Shown here: piece after piece, positions 46,124 to 57,961 of the stretch
Numbering within the stretch: position 1 is the stretch's first letter
How the letters are laid out: every line of letters begins with the position of its first letter
NCBI GenBank assembly: GCA_964603335.1
Contig: CAZRUR010000004.1
Coordinates: 160-64,159, forward strand
Direction: 5' to 3'
Source: an uncultured Sangeribacter sp.
GTDB lineage: Bacteria > Bacteroidota > Bacteroidia > Bacteroidales > Muribaculaceae
Length of the DNA stretch: 64,000 nucleotides
Notes under the pieces: generated by a model
The model's input: only the letters and a program-made list of their open reading frames with translations
Database searches by the model: none
What the model was told of the DNA's origin: nothing
Program-made: the position numbers and the translations under genes

Positions 46124-47122
46124 TTATTCTTTATCTAATTTGTATTTTGAAATATCCATCCCAAAAGAGAGGTTAAGGCTTGCAAGAAGCTCATCAAGTT
46201 CGGTGAGCGACTTCCTGCCGAAGTTGCGGAATTTGAGAAGGTCATTCTTGTTGAACACCACAAGTTCGCCAAGGGTCTCCACTTCCGCGCTCTTAAGACA
46301 GTTGAGGGCACGCACGGAAAGATCCATATCAGTCAGTTTGCTCTTAAGCAACTGGCGCATATGAAGCACTTCCTCATCAAACTCGTCTACATCGTTTTCT
46401 TTCGGTGTCTCCAGTGCAATCTTCTCGCCGCTTAAGAGCATGAAATGATGAATCAGAATCTTGGCAGCCTCCTTGAGGGCATCCTTCGGCTGGATAGAGC
46501 CATCGGTCTTCACCTCAAGCACGAGCTTCTCATAGTCAGTCTTCTGCTCCACACGATAATTCTCCACAGAATATTTTACATTCTTGATAGGAGTATATAT
46601 AGAGTCGATTGCGATTACACTCGGGTCAGAGTCGCCGAGGATTTCGCGGTTCTCGTCGGCTGGAATCCAGCCACGGCCTTTGTTGATGGTGAATTCCATC
46701 TGGAAGCTTGCCGACTGATCAAGACGGCAAATTTCCAAATCAGGATTCAACACCTCAAATCCAGAGAGAACCTTTCCCAAATCACCTGCCTTAAACACAT
46801 CCGTGCCCGACACGTTGACCACTCCCTTTTCAGTGTCATGGTCTTCAGTCAGCTGCTTGAATCTTACCTGCTTAAGGTTCAGGATGATATTGGTGACATC
46901 CTGCTTCACCCCCGGGATGGTGTCTAACTCGTGGGCCACTCCATCAATGCGAATCGAGCAAATTGCAAAACCGCCAAGCGAAGAAAGAAGGATTCTACGC
47001 AATGCGTTGCCTATGGTCTGGCCATATCCCGGTTCGAGTGGCCTGAATTCGAACTTACCGAACGAATTGTCGGCCTCAAGCATGATGACTTTATCGGGTT
47101 TCTGAAATGCTAATATTGGCAT
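46124..47122 (-). CDS. rpoA: RNA polymerase alpha subunit
   Basis: [21 protein letters not shown]; LSVRALNCL; NFGRKS. Confidence 0.97.
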   Translation of the reverse strand: MPILAFQKPDKVIMLEADNSFGKFEFRPLEPGYGQTIGNALRRILLSSLGGFAICSIRIDGVAHELDTIPGVKQDVTNIILNLKQVRFKQLTEDHDTEKGVVNVSGTDVFKAGDLGKVLSGFEVLNPDLEICRLDQSASFQMEFTINKGRGWIPADENREILGDSDPSVIAIDSIYTPIKNVKYSVENYRVEQKTDYEKLVLEVKTDGSIQPKDALKEAAKILIHHFMLLSGEKIALETPKENDVDEFDEEVLHMRQLLKSKLTDMDLSVRALNCLKSAEVETLGELVVFNKNDLLKFRNFGRKSLTELDELLASLNLSFGMDISKYKLDKE

Positions 47123-47138
47123 GGGTTTCTATTGTTTA

Positions 47139-47744
47139 TTATTTAGAATACAACTCAACGATCAACTGCTCCTTAATAGTCTCAGGGATATCTTCGCGCT
47201 GAGGAACATGAAGGAACTTACCACCTTTCACGCTATCATCCCACTCAATCCAAGGATACTTGCTGTGGTTGAAGCCGGCGAGAGCGTCGGCAATCACCTC
47301 AAGGCTCTTTGATTTCTCACGCACTGCGACAACGTCGCCCGGTTTTACGTGATAGGATGGAATGTTGACAACGTCACCGTTGACTGTGATGTGTTTGTGA
47401 AGTACTAACTGACGGGCTGCCGGACGGCTGGGAGCTATGCCGAGACGATACACAACATTGTCGAGACGGCTCTCAAGCAACTGCAGGAGCACCTCACCGG
47501 TGATGCCCTTTGTGCGCGCTGCTTTCTCAAAGAGATTGCGGAACTGACGCTCGAGCACACCATATGTGTATTTCGCTTTCTGTTTCTCTTTCAGCTGAGT
47601 GCCATATTCCGAAGTCTTTCTTCTGCGGTTGGCGCCATGCTGTCCCGGTGGATAGTTCTTCTTAGCCAGAACCTTGTCTTCACCATAAATAGCCTCGCCA
47701 AATTTGCGGGCAATTTTTGTCTTTGGGCCTGTATATCTTGCCAT
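47139..47744 (-). CDS. rpsD: 30S ribosomal protein S4
   Basis: MARYTGP; [13 protein letters not shown]. Confidence 0.97.
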   Translation of the reverse strand: MARYTGPKTKIARKFGEAIYGEDKVLAKKNYPPGQHGANRRRKTSEYGTQLKEKQKAKYTYGVLERQFRNLFEKAARTKGITGEVLLQLLESRLDNVVYRLGIAPSRPAARQLVLHKHITVNGDVVNIPSYHVKPGDVVAVREKSKSLEVIADALAGFNHSKYPWIEWDDSVKGGKFLHVPQREDIPETIKEQLIVELYSK

Positions 47745-47864
47745 TGTTTTTGTGTTTAATTAAAGTGGGCCATTGCCAATCCTCATTAGCGCAGCCGCGA
47801 CTGCCGAGAGAAAGATACGAGGGCAGTCTATTCGCATTCTGAGGCTGGCGTAACCGGGCTGTTA

Positions 47865-48254
47865 TTATACTCTTCTTCTTTTTGGAGGACGACACCCATT
47901 ATGCGGAAGCGGAGTGATGTCGATAATCTCTGTCACCTCAATTCCTGCTCCGTGAATCGTGCGGATTGCTGACTCACGACCGTTGCCCGGGCCTTTCACA
48001 TAGGCTTTCACTTTACGCAGGCCGAGGTCGTAAGCAACCTTGGCACAATCCTGCGCTGCCATCTGGGCAGCATAGGGTGTGTTCTTCTTGCTCCCTCTGA
48101 AGCCCATCTTGCCGGCTGAGCTCCAGGAGATAACCTGGCCCTCGCTGTTGGCAAGGCAAACGATAATGTTGTTGAAAGAGCTATGTACATGAAGCTGACC
48201 CATTGCGTCAACCTTGACATTCCTCTTCTTAGCTGCGACTGTCTTTTTTGCCAT
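47865..48254 (-). CDS. rpsK: 30S ribosomal protein S11
   Basis: SFNN; KKNTPYAAQ; [10 protein letters not shown]. Confidence 0.97.
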   Translation of the reverse strand: MAKKTVAAKKRNVKVDAMGQLHVHSSFNNIIVCLANSEGQVISWSSAGKMGFRGSKKNTPYAAQMAAQDCAKVAYDLGLRKVKAYVKGPGNGRESAIRTIHGAGIEVTEIIDITPLPHNGCRPPKRRRV

Positions 48255-48263
48255 ACTTTAATT

Positions 48264-48644
48264 TTATTTAGTAGCTTTCTTCTTATTAGCAACTGTTTTC
48301 TTACGTCCCTTGCGGGTGCGTGCATTGTTCTTGGTGCTTTGTCCACGAACAGGGAGTCCGATACGATGACGGATGCCACGATAGCAGCCGATATCCATCA
48401 GACGCTTGATGTTGAGCTGGATCTCTGAACGGAGGTCGCCCTCAACCTTATACTCAGTCTGGATTACCTCACGAACGGCTGCTGCCTGGTCGTCGGTCCA
48501 ATCCTGCACCTTGATGTCGCGGTCAACACCTGCCTTAGCAAGGATTGTGTTGGCTGCGCTACGGCCGATACCATAGATATACGTCAAGGCAATCTCTCCT
48601 CTTTTGTTTTGCGGCAAATCTACGCCGACTATTCTTACTGCCAT
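48264..48644 (-). CDS. rpsM: 30S ribosomal protein S13
   Basis: LTYIYGIG; [18 protein letters not shown]. Confidence 0.97.
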   Translation of the reverse strand: MAVRIVGVDLPQNKRGEIALTYIYGIGRSAANTILAKAGVDRDIKVQDWTDDQAAAVREVIQTEYKVEGDLRSEIQLNIKRLMDIGCYRGIRHRIGLPVRGQSTKNNARTRKGRKKTVANKKKATK

Positions 48645-48681
48645 AGTCTGTTGTTACAAATTTTTTGCAAAGGTAATAAAA

Positions 48682-48798
48682 TTATCCTTGACGTGTTTTA
48701 AATTTCGGGTTCTTCTTGTTGATTACGTAAAGTCTTCCTTTACGACGCACAATCTTGCTGTCGGCTGTGCGCTTTTTGAGTGATGCTCTTACTTTCAT
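48682..48798 (-). CDS. rpmJ: 50S ribosomal protein L36 (zinc-free type)
   Basis: Manual translation [38 protein letters not shown]. Confidence 0.93.
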   Translation of the reverse strand: MKVRASLKKRTADSKIVRRKGRLYVINKKNPKFKTRQG

Positions 48799-48815
48799 AT
48801 GGTGTGTCGTTATTT

Positions 48816-49034
48816 TTATTTATATCTGAAAGCGATCCTACCCTTGCTGAGGTCGTAGGGACTCATCTCTACCTTTACCTTATCGCCGGGAAGTATCTTT
48901 ATATAGTGCATTCTCATCTTGCCTGAAATGTGGGCTGTTATCTCGTGCCCATTTGCGAGCTCCACCTTGAACATTGCATTCGACAATGCCTCGAGAATTA
49001 CACCATCTTGTTCTATTGCAGCTTGTTTTGCCAT
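48816..49034 (-). CDS. infA: Translation initiation factor IF-1
   Basis: [18 protein letters not shown]; [10 protein letters not shown]. Confidence 0.97.
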   Translation of the reverse strand: MAKQAAIEQDGVILEALSNAMFKVELANGHEITAHISGKMRMHYIKILPGDKVKVEMSPYDLSKGRIAFRYK

Positions 49035-49071
49035 ATAGTCTTTGTCAGTATTAATTGCTTTTGGAATTATA

Positions 49072-49866
49072 TCATTCTTGTGAAGTCTTGGATGTCAGTC
49101 CAAGCGCATCTTCAATATAGCTGAAGGTGGTCATTATTTCAGGCTCCCCATTCGTGATTAGAATAGTATGTTCGTAATGAGCTGATGGCTTTCTGTCGCG
49201 AGTGCGGCATTCCCAACCGTTCTGCTCAATCACCACATTCTTGCTTCCCATGTTGACCATCGGCTCAATCGCTATGCACATACCGGGCTTTAAGACCGGA
49301 CCTATGCCACGGCGTCCGAAATTTGGAACCTCCGGGTCCTCGTGCATGCTCTTGCCGATGCCATGTCCGCACATCTCCCTTACCACACTGTATCCGTTGT
49401 GCTCACAGAATGTCTGTATGGCGTTGGAGATATCACCTATTCTCTTTCCAGCCTTTGCGGTGGATATACCCTTGTAAAGAGCCTCTTTAGTGACCGTCAA
49501 CAGACGTCTCACCTTTTCATCCACTTCTCCGACAGGAAATGTGTAGCAACTGTCGCCGTTAAAACCATTAAGTTCCACCACGCAGTCAGTGCCGACGATG
49601 TCGCCCTCACGAAGTTCATATCCTGAAGGGAAGCCATGAACCACCGTCTCATTTATCTCGATACACAATGTGCCGGGAAATCCATGATAACCCAGGCAAG
49701 AAGGTTTACCCCCATTGTCGAGGATAAACTCTCTTGCTATGTTATCAAGTTTGAGAGTTGTGACACCTGGCTTTACCCACTTTGCCACCTCTACAAGGGT
49801 GCGGCTCACAAGGATGGACGCCGCACGCATCTTTTCGATCTCTTCAGCTGTCTTTATATAAATCAT
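49072..49866 (-). CDS. map: Methionine aminopeptidase type I
   Basis: VVHGFP, GHGIG, IEPMVN, SAHYEHT. Confidence 0.95.
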   Translation of the reverse strand: MIYIKTAEEIEKMRAASILVSRTLVEVAKWVKPGVTTLKLDNIAREFILDNGGKPSCLGYHGFPGTLCIEINETVVHGFPSGYELREGDIVGTDCVVELNGFNGDSCYTFPVGEVDEKVRRLLTVTKEALYKGISTAKAGKRIGDISNAIQTFCEHNGYSVVREMCGHGIGKSMHEDPEVPNFGRRGIGPVLKPGMCIAIEPMVNMGSKNVVIEQNGWECRTRDRKPSAHYEHTILITNGEPEIMTTFSYIEDALGLTSKTSQE

Positions 49867-49885
49867 TAGCTTACTGAACGTGACT

Positions 49886-51223
49886 TTAGAACGCTCCGCT
49901 ACCTGTGGTGCGGCCCTTTATGCGGCCATCTTTCATAAGGCCGTCATAGTGGCGCATCAACAAGTGACCCTCTACTATTCTCAACGTGTCAAGCACTACA
50001 CCCACCATGATGAGCAGCGATGTGCCACCGAAGAAGGCTGCGAACTGACGGTTAAGACCACACACATGTGCAATTGCCGGAAGAATCGCTACTATACCGA
50101 GGAAGATAGATCCGGGAAGTGTTATTCTTGACATGATGGAATCAAGATAATCAACGGTGGGCTTGCCCGGTTTGATTCCCGGGATAAAGCCATTGTTGCG
50201 TTTCATATCCTCAGCCATCTGTGCCGGACGCACTGTGATTGCGGTGTAGAAGTAAGTGAAAGCTACAATCATTAAGAAATACACCAGATTATACCAGAAA
50301 CCATAGAGATTGGTAAGGGCTCCGAAGAATCCGGTTTGGTCTGTGCTGAATCCAACCAATGTGATAGGGATGAACATGATTGCCTGGGCAAAGATGATCG
50401 GCATCACACCGGCTGCATTTACTTTCAGAGGGATATACTGGCGTGCACCTCCATACTGTTTGTTGCCCTGAATGCGCTTTGCATACTGCACAGGCACCTT
50501 ACGTGTGCCCTGCACGAGAAGCACTGCTCCGGCAATCACAGCCACCAGAATAATCAACTCAACAAGGAAGATTACGAGTCCACCACCGGCAGAGTTCATC
50601 AATCGTCCGGTGAATTCCTGAATTATAGCCTCTGGGAATCGGGCCATAATACCGATAAGGATGATGAAGGAGATACCGTTGCCGATACCCTTCTGGTCGA
50701 TCCTTTCACCGAGCCACATGATAAACATTGAGCCGGCAGCAAGAACGATAGTCATGAAGACAACAGTCCAGAAGCCCATCTCCACATGGCCACCGGCAGC
50801 CTGAACCTGATACTTGAGGTTCATAAGGTAAGCCGGACCCTGCATAAGCAGGATAAGGACTGTGAGATAACGCGTATACTGGTTAAGCTTCATTCTGCCG
50901 CTCTCGCCTTCACGCTGCATTTTCTGGAATGCCGGAAGCACCATACCCAACAGCTGAATCACGATTGACGCTGTGATGTAGGGCATGATACCCAACGCGA
51001 AGATAGAGGCCTGAGAGAATGCACCACCCGAGAACATGTCGAGCAGCTGCATCAAGCCGTCGGAGGTGAAGTTTTTCAGCGCCATAAGGTCGTCCGGGTT
51101 AATGCCGGGAAGGACCACGTAGCAACCGAAACGATAGATAATCACAAGAAGAATGGTGACACCAATCCTCTTGCGAAGATCCTCTACGCTCCAGATGTTT
51201 TTTATTGTTTGTGTAAATCCCAT
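49886..51223 (-). CDS. secY: Preprotein translocase SecY
   Basis: SIFALGIMPYITASI; GIGNGIS; IPGIKPG; GGTSLLI. Confidence 0.97.
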   Translation of the reverse strand: MGFTQTIKNIWSVEDLRKRIGVTILLVIIYRFGCYVVLPGINPDDLMALKNFTSDGLMQLLDMFSGGAFSQASIFALGIMPYITASIVIQLLGMVLPAFQKMQREGESGRMKLNQYTRYLTVLILLMQGPAYLMNLKYQVQAAGGHVEMGFWTVVFMTIVLAAGSMFIMWLGERIDQKGIGNGISFIILIGIMARFPEAIIQEFTGRLMNSAGGGLVIFLVELIILVAVIAGAVLLVQGTRKVPVQYAKRIQGNKQYGGARQYIPLKVNAAGVMPIIFAQAIMFIPITLVGFSTDQTGFFGALTNLYGFWYNLVYFLMIVAFTYFYTAITVRPAQMAEDMKRNNGFIPGIKPGKPTVDYLDSIMSRITLPGSIFLGIVAILPAIAHVCGLNRQFAAFFGGTSLLIMVGVVLDTLRIVEGHLLMRHYDGLMKDGRIKGRTTGSGAF

Positions 51224-51228
51224 TTTGA

Positions 51229-51675
51229 TTAATTTTTGCTGACGGTTCCACCTGCTGCTGTGATAGCCTCCTCTGCTTTCTTGGAGAATGCATCAGCCTG
51301 AACTTCAATAGCACGGCTGATGGCGCCATTGGCAAGGATCTTCACAAGTCCGCTCTTGGGAGCGAGACCTGCAGCACGGAGATCTGCGACAGTAATCTTT
51401 GTGAGATTCTGGGCAGCCGCCAAAGCCTCAAGAGCGTCAAGGTTGATAGCCTTGTATTCAACACGGTTGATGTTCTTGAAACCGAATTTAGGCACACGTC
51501 TCTGAAGAGGCATCTGACCGCCTTCAAAACCGATCTTATGCTTGTAACCAGAACGAGACTTTGCGCCCTTATGGCCGCGGGTTGAAGTTCCACCGTAACC
51601 GGAACCGGGACCACGTCCGATGCGTTTGTTTCCTTTATTGCTGCCGGGAGCCGGCTTAAGATTATGTAGTTCCAT
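51229..51675 (-). CDS. rplO: 50S ribosomal protein L15
   Basis: [18 protein letters not shown]. Confidence 0.96.
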   Translation of the reverse strand: MELHNLKPAPGSNKGNKRIGRGPGSGYGGTSTRGHKGAKSRSGYKHKIGFEGGQMPLQRRVPKFGFKNINRVEYKAINLDALEALAAAQNLTKITVADLRAAGLAPKSGLVKILANGAISRAIEVQADAFSKKAEEAITAAGGTVSKN

Positions 51676-51689
51676 TTCTATTTTTTCTC

Positions 51690-51869
51690 TTAGAGTTGTG
51701 TGACTTCTACAAGATGGTGCACTGCCTTAACCATGCCTCTGATTGATGGGCAGTCTTCTTTTACTACAGTGTGGTTCATCTTTTTCAGACCGAGGGCATC
51801 AAGAGTGCGCTTCTGAACAGCGGGGCAGTTGATGCGGCTCTTTATCTGTTTGATTGCTATCTGTGCCAT
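51690..51869 (-). CDS. rpmD: 50S ribosomal protein L30
   Basis: Manual translation [59 protein letters not shown]. Confidence 0.93.
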   Translation of the reverse strand: MAQIAIKQIKSRINCPAVQKRTLDALGLKKMNHTVVKEDCPSIRGMVKAVHHLVEVTQL

Positions 51870-51880
51870 TGTTGATGTTT

Positions 51881-52399
51881 TTAGCCGTTAAACACTTTGC
51901 CAACTGAAACGCCACGGTTCTGAGCCACCTGTGCCGGGCTGCGGAGCTCGCCAAGGGCGGCGATGGTAGCCTTTACAAGGTTGTGGGGGTTGGATGATCC
52001 CTTGCTCTTTGCAAGCACGTCAGTGATACCTACACTCTCAAGAACGGCACGCATTGCACCACCGGCCTTTACACCGGTACCCTCAGAGGCAGGCTTCAGA
52101 AAGATGCGGGATCCGCCAAACTTTGCGCTCTGCTCGTGTGGTATTGTGCCTTTGTGCACCGGAACCTTGATGAGGTTCTTCTTTGCAGTCTCAACACCTT
52201 TGGCGATTGCTGCTGTCACCTCGTTTGCTTTGCCGAGGCCCCAGCCAATCACACCGTCTTCATTGCCGACAACCACGATGGCTGCGAAGCTGAATGCGCG
52301 GCCACCCTTTGTAACCTTCGTCACACGGTTGATAGCCACAAGACGGTCTTTCAGTTCCAAATCATTTGTAGATTTTACTCTATTATTCTTTGTTGCCAT
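51881..52399 (-). CDS. rpsE: 30S ribosomal protein S5
   Basis: [12 protein letters not shown]; PASEGTG. Confidence 0.96.
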   Translation of the reverse strand: MATKNNRVKSTNDLELKDRLVAINRVTKVTKGGRAFSFAAIVVVGNEDGVIGWGLGKANEVTAAIAKGVETAKKNLIKVPVHKGTIPHEQSAKFGGSRIFLKPASEGTGVKAGGAMRAVLESVGITDVLAKSKGSSNPHNLVKATIAALGELRSPAQVAQNRGVSVGKVFNG

Positions 52400-52408
52400 G
52401 ATTTACGA

Positions 52409-52750
52409 TTAAAATTTAAGACCGGCCTCGCGAGCTGCATCGGCCAATGATTTTACTCTGCCATGGAAAAGGTAACCATTACGGTCGAATACCACCTCTG
52501 TGATACCTTTCTCAATTGCTTTCTTTGCAACGTCGGCGCCGACTTTAGCGGCAACCTCGATTTTTGTGCCACCCTCAAGACCTTTTGATGAAGAGGCAAC
52601 GAGTGTGCTGCCGGCGAGATCGTCGATCAGCTGCACATAGATTCCCTTGTTGCTGCGGAACACGCTCATGCGCGGACGCTGTGCAGTGCCGGAAATCTTC
52701 CCGCGGATACGGGTTTTGATTTTATTTCTTCTTGCTATCTTGGATATCAT
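52409..52750 (-). CDS. rplR: 50S ribosomal protein L18
   Basis: [13 protein letters not shown]. Confidence 0.96.
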   Translation of the reverse strand: MISKIARRNKIKTRIRGKISGTAQRPRMSVFRSNKGIYVQLIDDLAGSTLVASSSKGLEGGTKIEVAAKVGADVAKKAIEKGITEVVFDRNGYLFHGRVKSLADAAREAGLKF

Positions 52751-52767
52751 TGTCTTCCTAATTTTAA

Positions 52768-53322
52768 TTATTTAGCATTTGCTGACTTACCCGACTTGCG
52801 ACGAATAACCTCGCCAACAAACTTGATACCTTTGCCCTTGTAAGGCTCTGGCTTGCGGAGTGAACGTATCTTGGCACATACCTGTCCGAGGAGCTGCTTG
52901 TCAGCGCTCTCGAGGATGATGAGCGGGTTCTTGTTACGCTCTGTCTTTGCCTCTACCTTCACTTCTTTAGGAAGCTTGATATAGATTGCATGAGAGTAGC
53001 CCAATGACAGTTCCAAAACCTGACCGGTGGCTGTGGCACGATAACCTACGCCTACGAGTTCCATCTCTTTCTTATAGCCTTCAGATACGCCTACCACCAT
53101 ATTGTGGATAAGCGCACGATAGAGACCATGCATCGCACGGTTCTCACGCTCATCGTTGGGGCGTGTCACATGAAGATGGCCATCAGTCTCCTCTACTTTG
53201 ATTGTGGGGTTGATTGCCTGGGAAAGTTCGCCTTTCGGTCCTTTTACTGTGACTACATTGTCTTTTACCTGTACAGTTACTCCAGCAGGTATCTCTATGG
53301 GTGCTTTACCTATTCTTGACAT
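52768..53322 (-). CDS. rplF: 50S ribosomal protein L6
   Basis: MSRIGK; PEPYKGKG. Confidence 0.96.
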   Translation of the reverse strand: MSRIGKAPIEIPAGVTVQVKDNVVTVKGPKGELSQAINPTIKVEETDGHLHVTRPNDERENRAMHGLYRALIHNMVVGVSEGYKKEMELVGVGYRATATGQVLELSLGYSHAIYIKLPKEVKVEAKTERNKNPLIILESADKQLLGQVCAKIRSLRKPEPYKGKGIKFVGEVIRRKSGKSANAK

Positions 53323-53339
53323 ATTGAATACCTCCTATT

Positions 53340-53738
53340 TTAATAAACGTAACACAATACCTCGCCACCAATCTTACGCTCTTTGGCCTCTTTGTTGGTC
53401 ATCACGCCCTGTGAAGTGCTGATGATTGCGATTCCGAGCCCGTTGAGCACACGTGGCATCTCTTTGTAGCCTGTATACTGACGGAGACCCGGACGAGACA
53501 CACGGTGAAGATTCTTGATAGCGTTCACCTTGTCGACCGGATCATACTTGAGGGCAATCTTGATTGTGCCCGAAGGCGTGGGACCCTCCACAAACTTGTA
53601 GTTCAGGATGTAGCCCTGCTCAAAAAGGATTTTTGTGATCTCCTTTTTCATTTTTGAAGATGGAACCTCCACCACGCGGTGACCCGCACGGATGGCGTTT
53701 CGCAATCTTGTCAAATAATCTGCTATTGGATCAGTCAT
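53340..53738 (-). CDS. rpsH: 30S ribosomal protein S8
   Basis: MTDPIADYLTRLRNA; SRPGLR. Confidence 0.96.
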   Translation of the reverse strand: MTDPIADYLTRLRNAIRAGHRVVEVPSSKMKKEITKILFEQGYILNYKFVEGPTPSGTIKIALKYDPVDKVNAIKNLHRVSRPGLRQYTGYKEMPRVLNGLGIAIISTSQGVMTNKEAKERKIGGEVLCYVY

Positions 53739-53919
53739 TGTTTTGATTGTTAAATTGATTCGGATTTTCCGAACAATATTTAATTTTCACTTGTCTGCTG
53801 TTTTAATCACACACAGGTCAGACCTGACGTATGTGTAAAGATTGGAGACGCACACAGACTGATTTACAGCCTAGTGACGTCACCAAGACTTATAACGTAG
53901 GCAATACAGATTTATTGTA

Positions 53920-54222
53920 TTACCAGCTTGCTTTTTTTACACCCGGGATAAGTCCGGCAGATGCCATCTCGCGGAATTGGATTCTGGAGATGCCGAACTG
54001 ACGCATATATCCTTTAGGACGGCCTGTGATTGTGCAACGGTTGTGGAGACGCACCTTGGAGGCATTCTTCGGAAGCTTCTGAAGTTTGGTCAGAGCCTCG
54101 TAGTCGATATTGCCTTCGGCATCAGCAAGGGCTGCCTTCTTGAGGGCTGCCTTCTTGGCTGCATATTTCTCAACAAGCTTGGCACGCTTCACTTCGCGGG
54201 CCTTCATTGATTCTTTTGCCAT
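53920..54222 (-). CDS. rpsN: 30S ribosomal protein S14
   Basis: NRC.ITGRP; IPGVKKASW. Confidence 0.96.
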   Translation of the reverse strand: MAKESMKAREVKRAKLVEKYAAKKAALKKAALADAEGNIDYEALTKLQKLPKNASKVRLHNRCTITGRPKGYMRQFGISRIQFREMASAGLIPGVKKASW

Positions 54223-54228
54223 GAGCTC

Positions 54229-54777
54229 TTATTTTTCGTGTTTGAAAGGAAGTCCGAATTTCTTGAGAAGAGCGAAACCCTCTTCATCGGTGTTGGCTGA
54301 AGTCACGAATGTGATGTTCATGCCCTGGAGTTTCGGAACATTGTCGATGTTGATCTCTGGGAAAATGATCTGCTCTGTGATGCCGAGTGTGTAGTTGCCA
54401 CGGCCGTCGAGTTTGGAGTTGATCCCCTTGAAGTCACGGATACGCGGCAGAGCCACTCTCACGAGTCTCTCAAGGAACTCATACATTTTCTCTCTTCTCA
54501 AAGTCACCATTACTCCGATAGGCATTTTCTTACGGAGCTTGAAGTTTGAGATATCCTTTCTCGAAAGAGTAGGCACAGCCTTCTGTCCGGTGATGGCTGT
54601 GATCTCGTTGATGGCGGTTTCAATGAGTTTCTTGTCTTGAGTGGCAGCACCGAGGCCCTGGTTGATCACAATCTTCTCAAGGCGTGGAACCTGCATCACG
54701 GTAGAATAGTTAAACTCCTTCTGGAGCTCAGGCACTATTCTCTCTTTATAGTCTTTACCAAGTGTTGTCTCGCTCAT
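54229..54777 (-). CDS. rplE: 50S ribosomal protein L5
   Basis: LPRIRDFKG; DGRGNY. Confidence 0.96.
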   Translation of the reverse strand: MSETTLGKDYKERIVPELQKEFNYSTVMQVPRLEKIVINQGLGAATQDKKLIETAINEITAITGQKAVPTLSRKDISNFKLRKKMPIGVMVTLRREKMYEFLERLVRVALPRIRDFKGINSKLDGRGNYTLGITEQIIFPEINIDNVPKLQGMNITFVTSANTDEEGFALLKKFGLPFKHEK

Positions 54778-55097
54778 TACTTAATCTCCTCTCCTGATTT
54801 CTTAGAATAACGTACCAGTTTGCCGGCCTCATTGAGTCTGCGGCCCACGCGGGTGGGCTTGCCGGTCTTGGGGTCTACCACATTGAGATTAGAGATCTCA
54901 ATGGGAGCCTCAATCTTCACTATTCCTCCCTGAGGATATTTCGCATTGGGCTTCATGCTCTTGGAGACAATGTTGATGCCCTCAACGAGTGCGCGGTGTT
55001 TCTTCACCTGCACTTCGAGAACGCGTCCTGTCTTGCCCTTGTCGTCGCCGGCATTGACATAGACTGTGTCGCCTTTCTTTATATGGAATTTTGCCAT
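54777..55097 (-). CDS. rplX: 50S ribosomal protein L24
   Basis: KKGD.V.V.AGDDKGK. Confidence 0.95.
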   Translation of the reverse strand: MAKFHIKKGDTVYVNAGDDKGKTGRVLEVQVKKHRALVEGINIVSKSMKPNAKYPQGGIVKIEAPIEISNLNVVDPKTGKPTRVGRRLNEAGKLVRYSKKSGEEIK

Positions 55098-55123
55098 TAC
55101 TTTTTCTGTTATTTAAGTTGACA

Positions 55124-55489
55124 TTAAAGCACCTCAGGCGCGAGAGACACAATCTTCATGTTGGTTGCGCGGAGCTCACGTGCCACGGGGCCAAAGATAC
55201 GGGTGCCGCGGATTTCACCGGCATTGTTAAGCAATACGCAGGCATTGTCGTCGAAACGGATATAGCTGCCGTCTGCGCGGCGTATCTCCTTCTTTGTGCG
55301 GACAACCACAGCTTTTGATACTGTGCCTTTCTTCACATCCGAAGAAGGAATTGTGCTCTTCACGGTGACTACGATGATGTCGCCTACCGAGGCATAGCGA
55401 CGGCCTGTGCCGCCGAGCACATGAATACAGAGGGCTTCCTTTGCTCCACTGTTATCTGCTACTGTAAGACGTGATTCGGTCTGTATCAT
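55124..55489 (-). CDS. rplN: 50S ribosomal protein L14
   Basis: VADNSGA; GTRIFGPV; SLAPEVL. Confidence 0.97.
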   Translation of the reverse strand: MIQTESRLTVADNSGAKEALCIHVLGGTGRRYASVGDIIVVTVKSTIPSSDVKKGTVSKAVVVRTKKEIRRADGSYIRFDDNACVLLNNAGEIRGTRIFGPVARELRATNMKIVSLAPEVL

Positions 55490-55491
55490 AA

Positions 55492-55752
55492 TTACTTAAC
55501 TTTTTCAATGATTTCCACAAGTCTCCATCTCTTTGTCTTGCTCAAAGGACGAGTCTCCATCAGGCGTACAGTGTCGCCTACTGAGCATTCGTTGTTCTCA
55601 TCATGAGCATGATACTTCTTTGTCTTGTTGACAAATTTTCCATAGATCGGGTGCTTCTCTTTCCACTTGATCTCGACCGTGATGGTCTTGTCACATTTGT
55701 TGCTCGAAACAACCCCAATTCTTTCTTTTCTCAAATGACGTTTTTCTTCCAT
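55492..55752 (-). CDS. rpsQ: 30S ribosomal protein S17
   Basis: HPIYGK; [11 protein letters not shown]. Confidence 0.96.
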   Translation of the reverse strand: MEEKRHLRKERIGVVSSNKCDKTITVEIKWKEKHPIYGKFVNKTKKYHAHDENNECSVGDTVRLMETRPLSKTKRWRLVEIIEKVK

Positions 55753-55775
55753 TTTTTCTTCAAATACTTTTGGGA

Positions 55776-55997
55776 TCAGTTGTTTACTACAGGAGCCTCT
55801 GCCTGGGCAGCGATTTCCTTCTGACGCAACACGGTTTTCATACGGGCAATCTCGCGACGATCTTTGGTGATCTTCGCGGGATTGTCGATGGGAGATATCG
55901 CGTGCGTTACTTTCAATTCACGATAAGCTTTCTCTGCGGCCTCAATGGCGGCCTTCAGTTCCTGAATGCTTAATTCCTTGATTTCTTCCTTTTTCAT
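55776..55997 (-). CDS. rpmC: 50S ribosomal protein L29
   Basis: Position; NPAKI...RREIARMKT. Confidence 0.92.
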   Translation of the reverse strand: MKKEEIKELSIQELKAAIEAAEKAYRELKVTHAISPIDNPAKITKDRREIARMKTVLRQKEIAAQAEAPVVNN

Positions 55998-56023
55998 ATT
56001 ATTTGTCTAATCACTGAATGATT

Positions 56024-56455
56024 TTAAACGTTCTGGCTGGGGTCATAGTCGCGGCGCACCACGAACTTAGTGATCACAGGGAGCTTCTGGGCGGCAAGGC
56101 GGAGTGCCTCCTTGGCGATGTCATAACTTACGCCCTCCACTTCGATGAGGATACGTCCCGGAGTTACAGGCGCAACGAATCCCTCAGGATTACCTTTACC
56201 TTTACCCATGCGGACCTCGGCAGGCTTCTTGGTGATTGGCTTGTCGGGGAAGATGCGGATCCAGATCTGACCCTGACGCTGCATGTAGCGGGTCACAGCC
56301 ACACGGGCAGCCTCTATCTGACGGCCGGTGATCCATTTAGACTCCAGAGTCTTGATGCCGAACGAGCCGAATGCAAGCTGATTGCCCCTCTGGGCCTCGC
56401 CTTTCATACGGCCTTTTTGCGAACGGCGGTATTTGGTCTTTTTCGGTTGTAACAT
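56024..56455 (-). CDS. rplP: 50S ribosomal protein L16
   Basis: MLQPK; RMGKGKG. Confidence 0.97.
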   Translation of the reverse strand: MLQPKKTKYRRSQKGRMKGEAQRGNQLAFGSFGIKTLESKWITGRQIEAARVAVTRYMQRQGQIWIRIFPDKPITKKPAEVRMGKGKGNPEGFVAPVTPGRILIEVEGVSYDIAKEALRLAAQKLPVITKFVVRRDYDPSQNV

Positions 56456-56470
56456 TGTCAGTCTACTTTA

Positions 56471-57202
56471 TTAACGATTGTTGTTTTTCTTGTTGCGGAA
56501 ACCACCCTTGCGGCCACCACCCTGCGGACGGCCTGCCTCTTTCTGTCCTACAGCATAGGTAGGAGTGAGCTCCTTCTTGCCATAGATCTCGCCACGGCAG
56601 ATCCACACCTTGATACCGATGATGCCCACTTTTGTGAGAGCCTCAACGAGAGCGTAGTCGATGTCTGCGCGGAGTGTGTGAAGCGGAGTGCGTCCCTCTT
56701 TAAACATCTCGCTGCGTGCCATCTCAGCACCGTTGAGTCGACCGCTCACCTGCACCTTGATGCCCTCGGCACCCATTCTCATTGTGGATGCGATGGCCAT
56801 CTTCACGGCACGACGGTAAGCCACCTTGTTCTCAATCTGACGAGCGATGTTGGTGGCAACGATCTCGGCATCGAGCTCCGGACGCTTGATCTCATAGATG
56901 TTGATCTGCACGTCCTTGTCGGTGAGCTTCTTCAATTCATCCTTCAGATCGTCGACATCCTTGCCGCCTTTGCCAATCACCATGCCGGGACGGCTTGTGC
57001 AGACAGTCACTGTCACCATCTTGAGGGTGCGCTCAATGATGATTCTTGAAACACTTGCTTTTGCAAGACGAGTGCGGAGATATTTACGGATCACAGAGTC
57101 CTCGAGGAGGGTGTCGCCGTATTTCTTTCCGCCATACCAGTTGGAGTCCCAACCGCGGATCACTCCGAGACGGTTGCTGATTGGATTAACTTTCTGTCCC
57201 AT
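56471..57202 (-). CDS. rpsC: 30S ribosomal protein S3
   Basis: MGQKVNP; SGRLNGAE; [11 protein letters not shown]. Confidence 0.97.
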   Translation of the reverse strand: MGQKVNPISNRLGVIRGWDSNWYGGKKYGDTLLEDSVIRKYLRTRLAKASVSRIIIERTLKMVTVTVCTSRPGMVIGKGGKDVDDLKDELKKLTDKDVQINIYEIKRPELDAEIVATNIARQIENKVAYRRAVKMAIASTMRMGAEGIKVQVSGRLNGAEMARSEMFKEGRTPLHTLRADIDYALVEALTKVGIIGIKVWICRGEIYGKKELTPTYAVGQKEAGRPQGGGRKGGFRNKKNNNR

Positions 57203-57209
57203 CTTTCAA

Positions 57210-57614
57210 TCAAGCTTTTTCGTTATTAATAGTATCGACAAACAATGTCACATGGTTAGAACGCTTGCGGATTCTGTAGCCGCGGCCCTGAGGGGCCGGA
57301 CGGAGGCGCTTGAGCATCGGAGCGCAGTCTACGAAGATTGTCTTCACGAAAAGCTCGCCGGCCTCAGCCTTGCGTTCGTTTTTCTGCTCCCAGTTGGCAA
57401 TGGCAGAGCGGAGAAGTTTCTCCACCTTGCGGGATGCCTCCTTGTTGGAGAACTTGAGTATGCCGAGAGCCTTGAATGCCTCCTGGCCGCGGATCATATC
57501 CACAACGAGGCGCATCTTACGGGGCGATGACGGCACATTATGCAGCTTGGCGAAATATTCGCTCTTGCGAGCCTCTTTGATGGCATCGGCTGCTTGTCTT
57601 TTTCTTACACCCAT
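57210..57614 (-). CDS. rplV: 50S ribosomal protein L22
   Basis: SPRKMRLV; [11 protein letters not shown]. Confidence 0.96.
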   Translation of the reverse strand: MGVRKRQAADAIKEARKSEYFAKLHNVPSSPRKMRLVVDMIRGQEAFKALGILKFSNKEASRKVEKLLRSAIANWEQKNERKAEAGELFVKTIFVDCAPMLKRLRPAPQGRGYRIRKRSNHVTLFVDTINNEKA

Positions 57615-57669
57615 TGTATTTTTCTTACTCTACTTTTGTTAGACTGTTATTTAACGTGCGGAGACGCCA

Positions 57670-57939
57670 TTATTTTTTCTTGTTGCCGGCATGACCGCGG
57701 AATGTGCGTGTAGGGGCGAACTCGCCAAGCTTATGTCCCACCATGTTTTCTGTCACATATACGGGGATAAACTTGTTGCCGTTGTGCACTGCGAAAGTGT
57801 GGCCCACGAAATCAGGTGAGATCATCGACGCACGGCTCCAAGTCTTGATTACCGACTTCTTGCCGCTCTCGTCCATGGCTGCAACCTTCTTCTCCAGCTT
57901 CACGCTGATAAACGGTCCTTTTTTAAGCGAACGACTCAT
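57670..57939 (-). CDS. rpsS: 30S ribosomal protein S19
   Basis: RSLKKGPF; GHKLGEF. Confidence 0.97.
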   Translation of the reverse strand: MSRSLKKGPFISVKLEKKVAAMDESGKKSVIKTWSRASMISPDFVGHTFAVHNGNKFIPVYVTENMVGHKLGEFAPTRTFRGHAGNKKK

Positions 57940-57961
57940 AATTGTCTTCTTTTAATCAAAT

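Noticed and set aside
48682-48798. Cys-free L36
   Set aside because: The zinc-independent L36 type is usual in Bacteroidales
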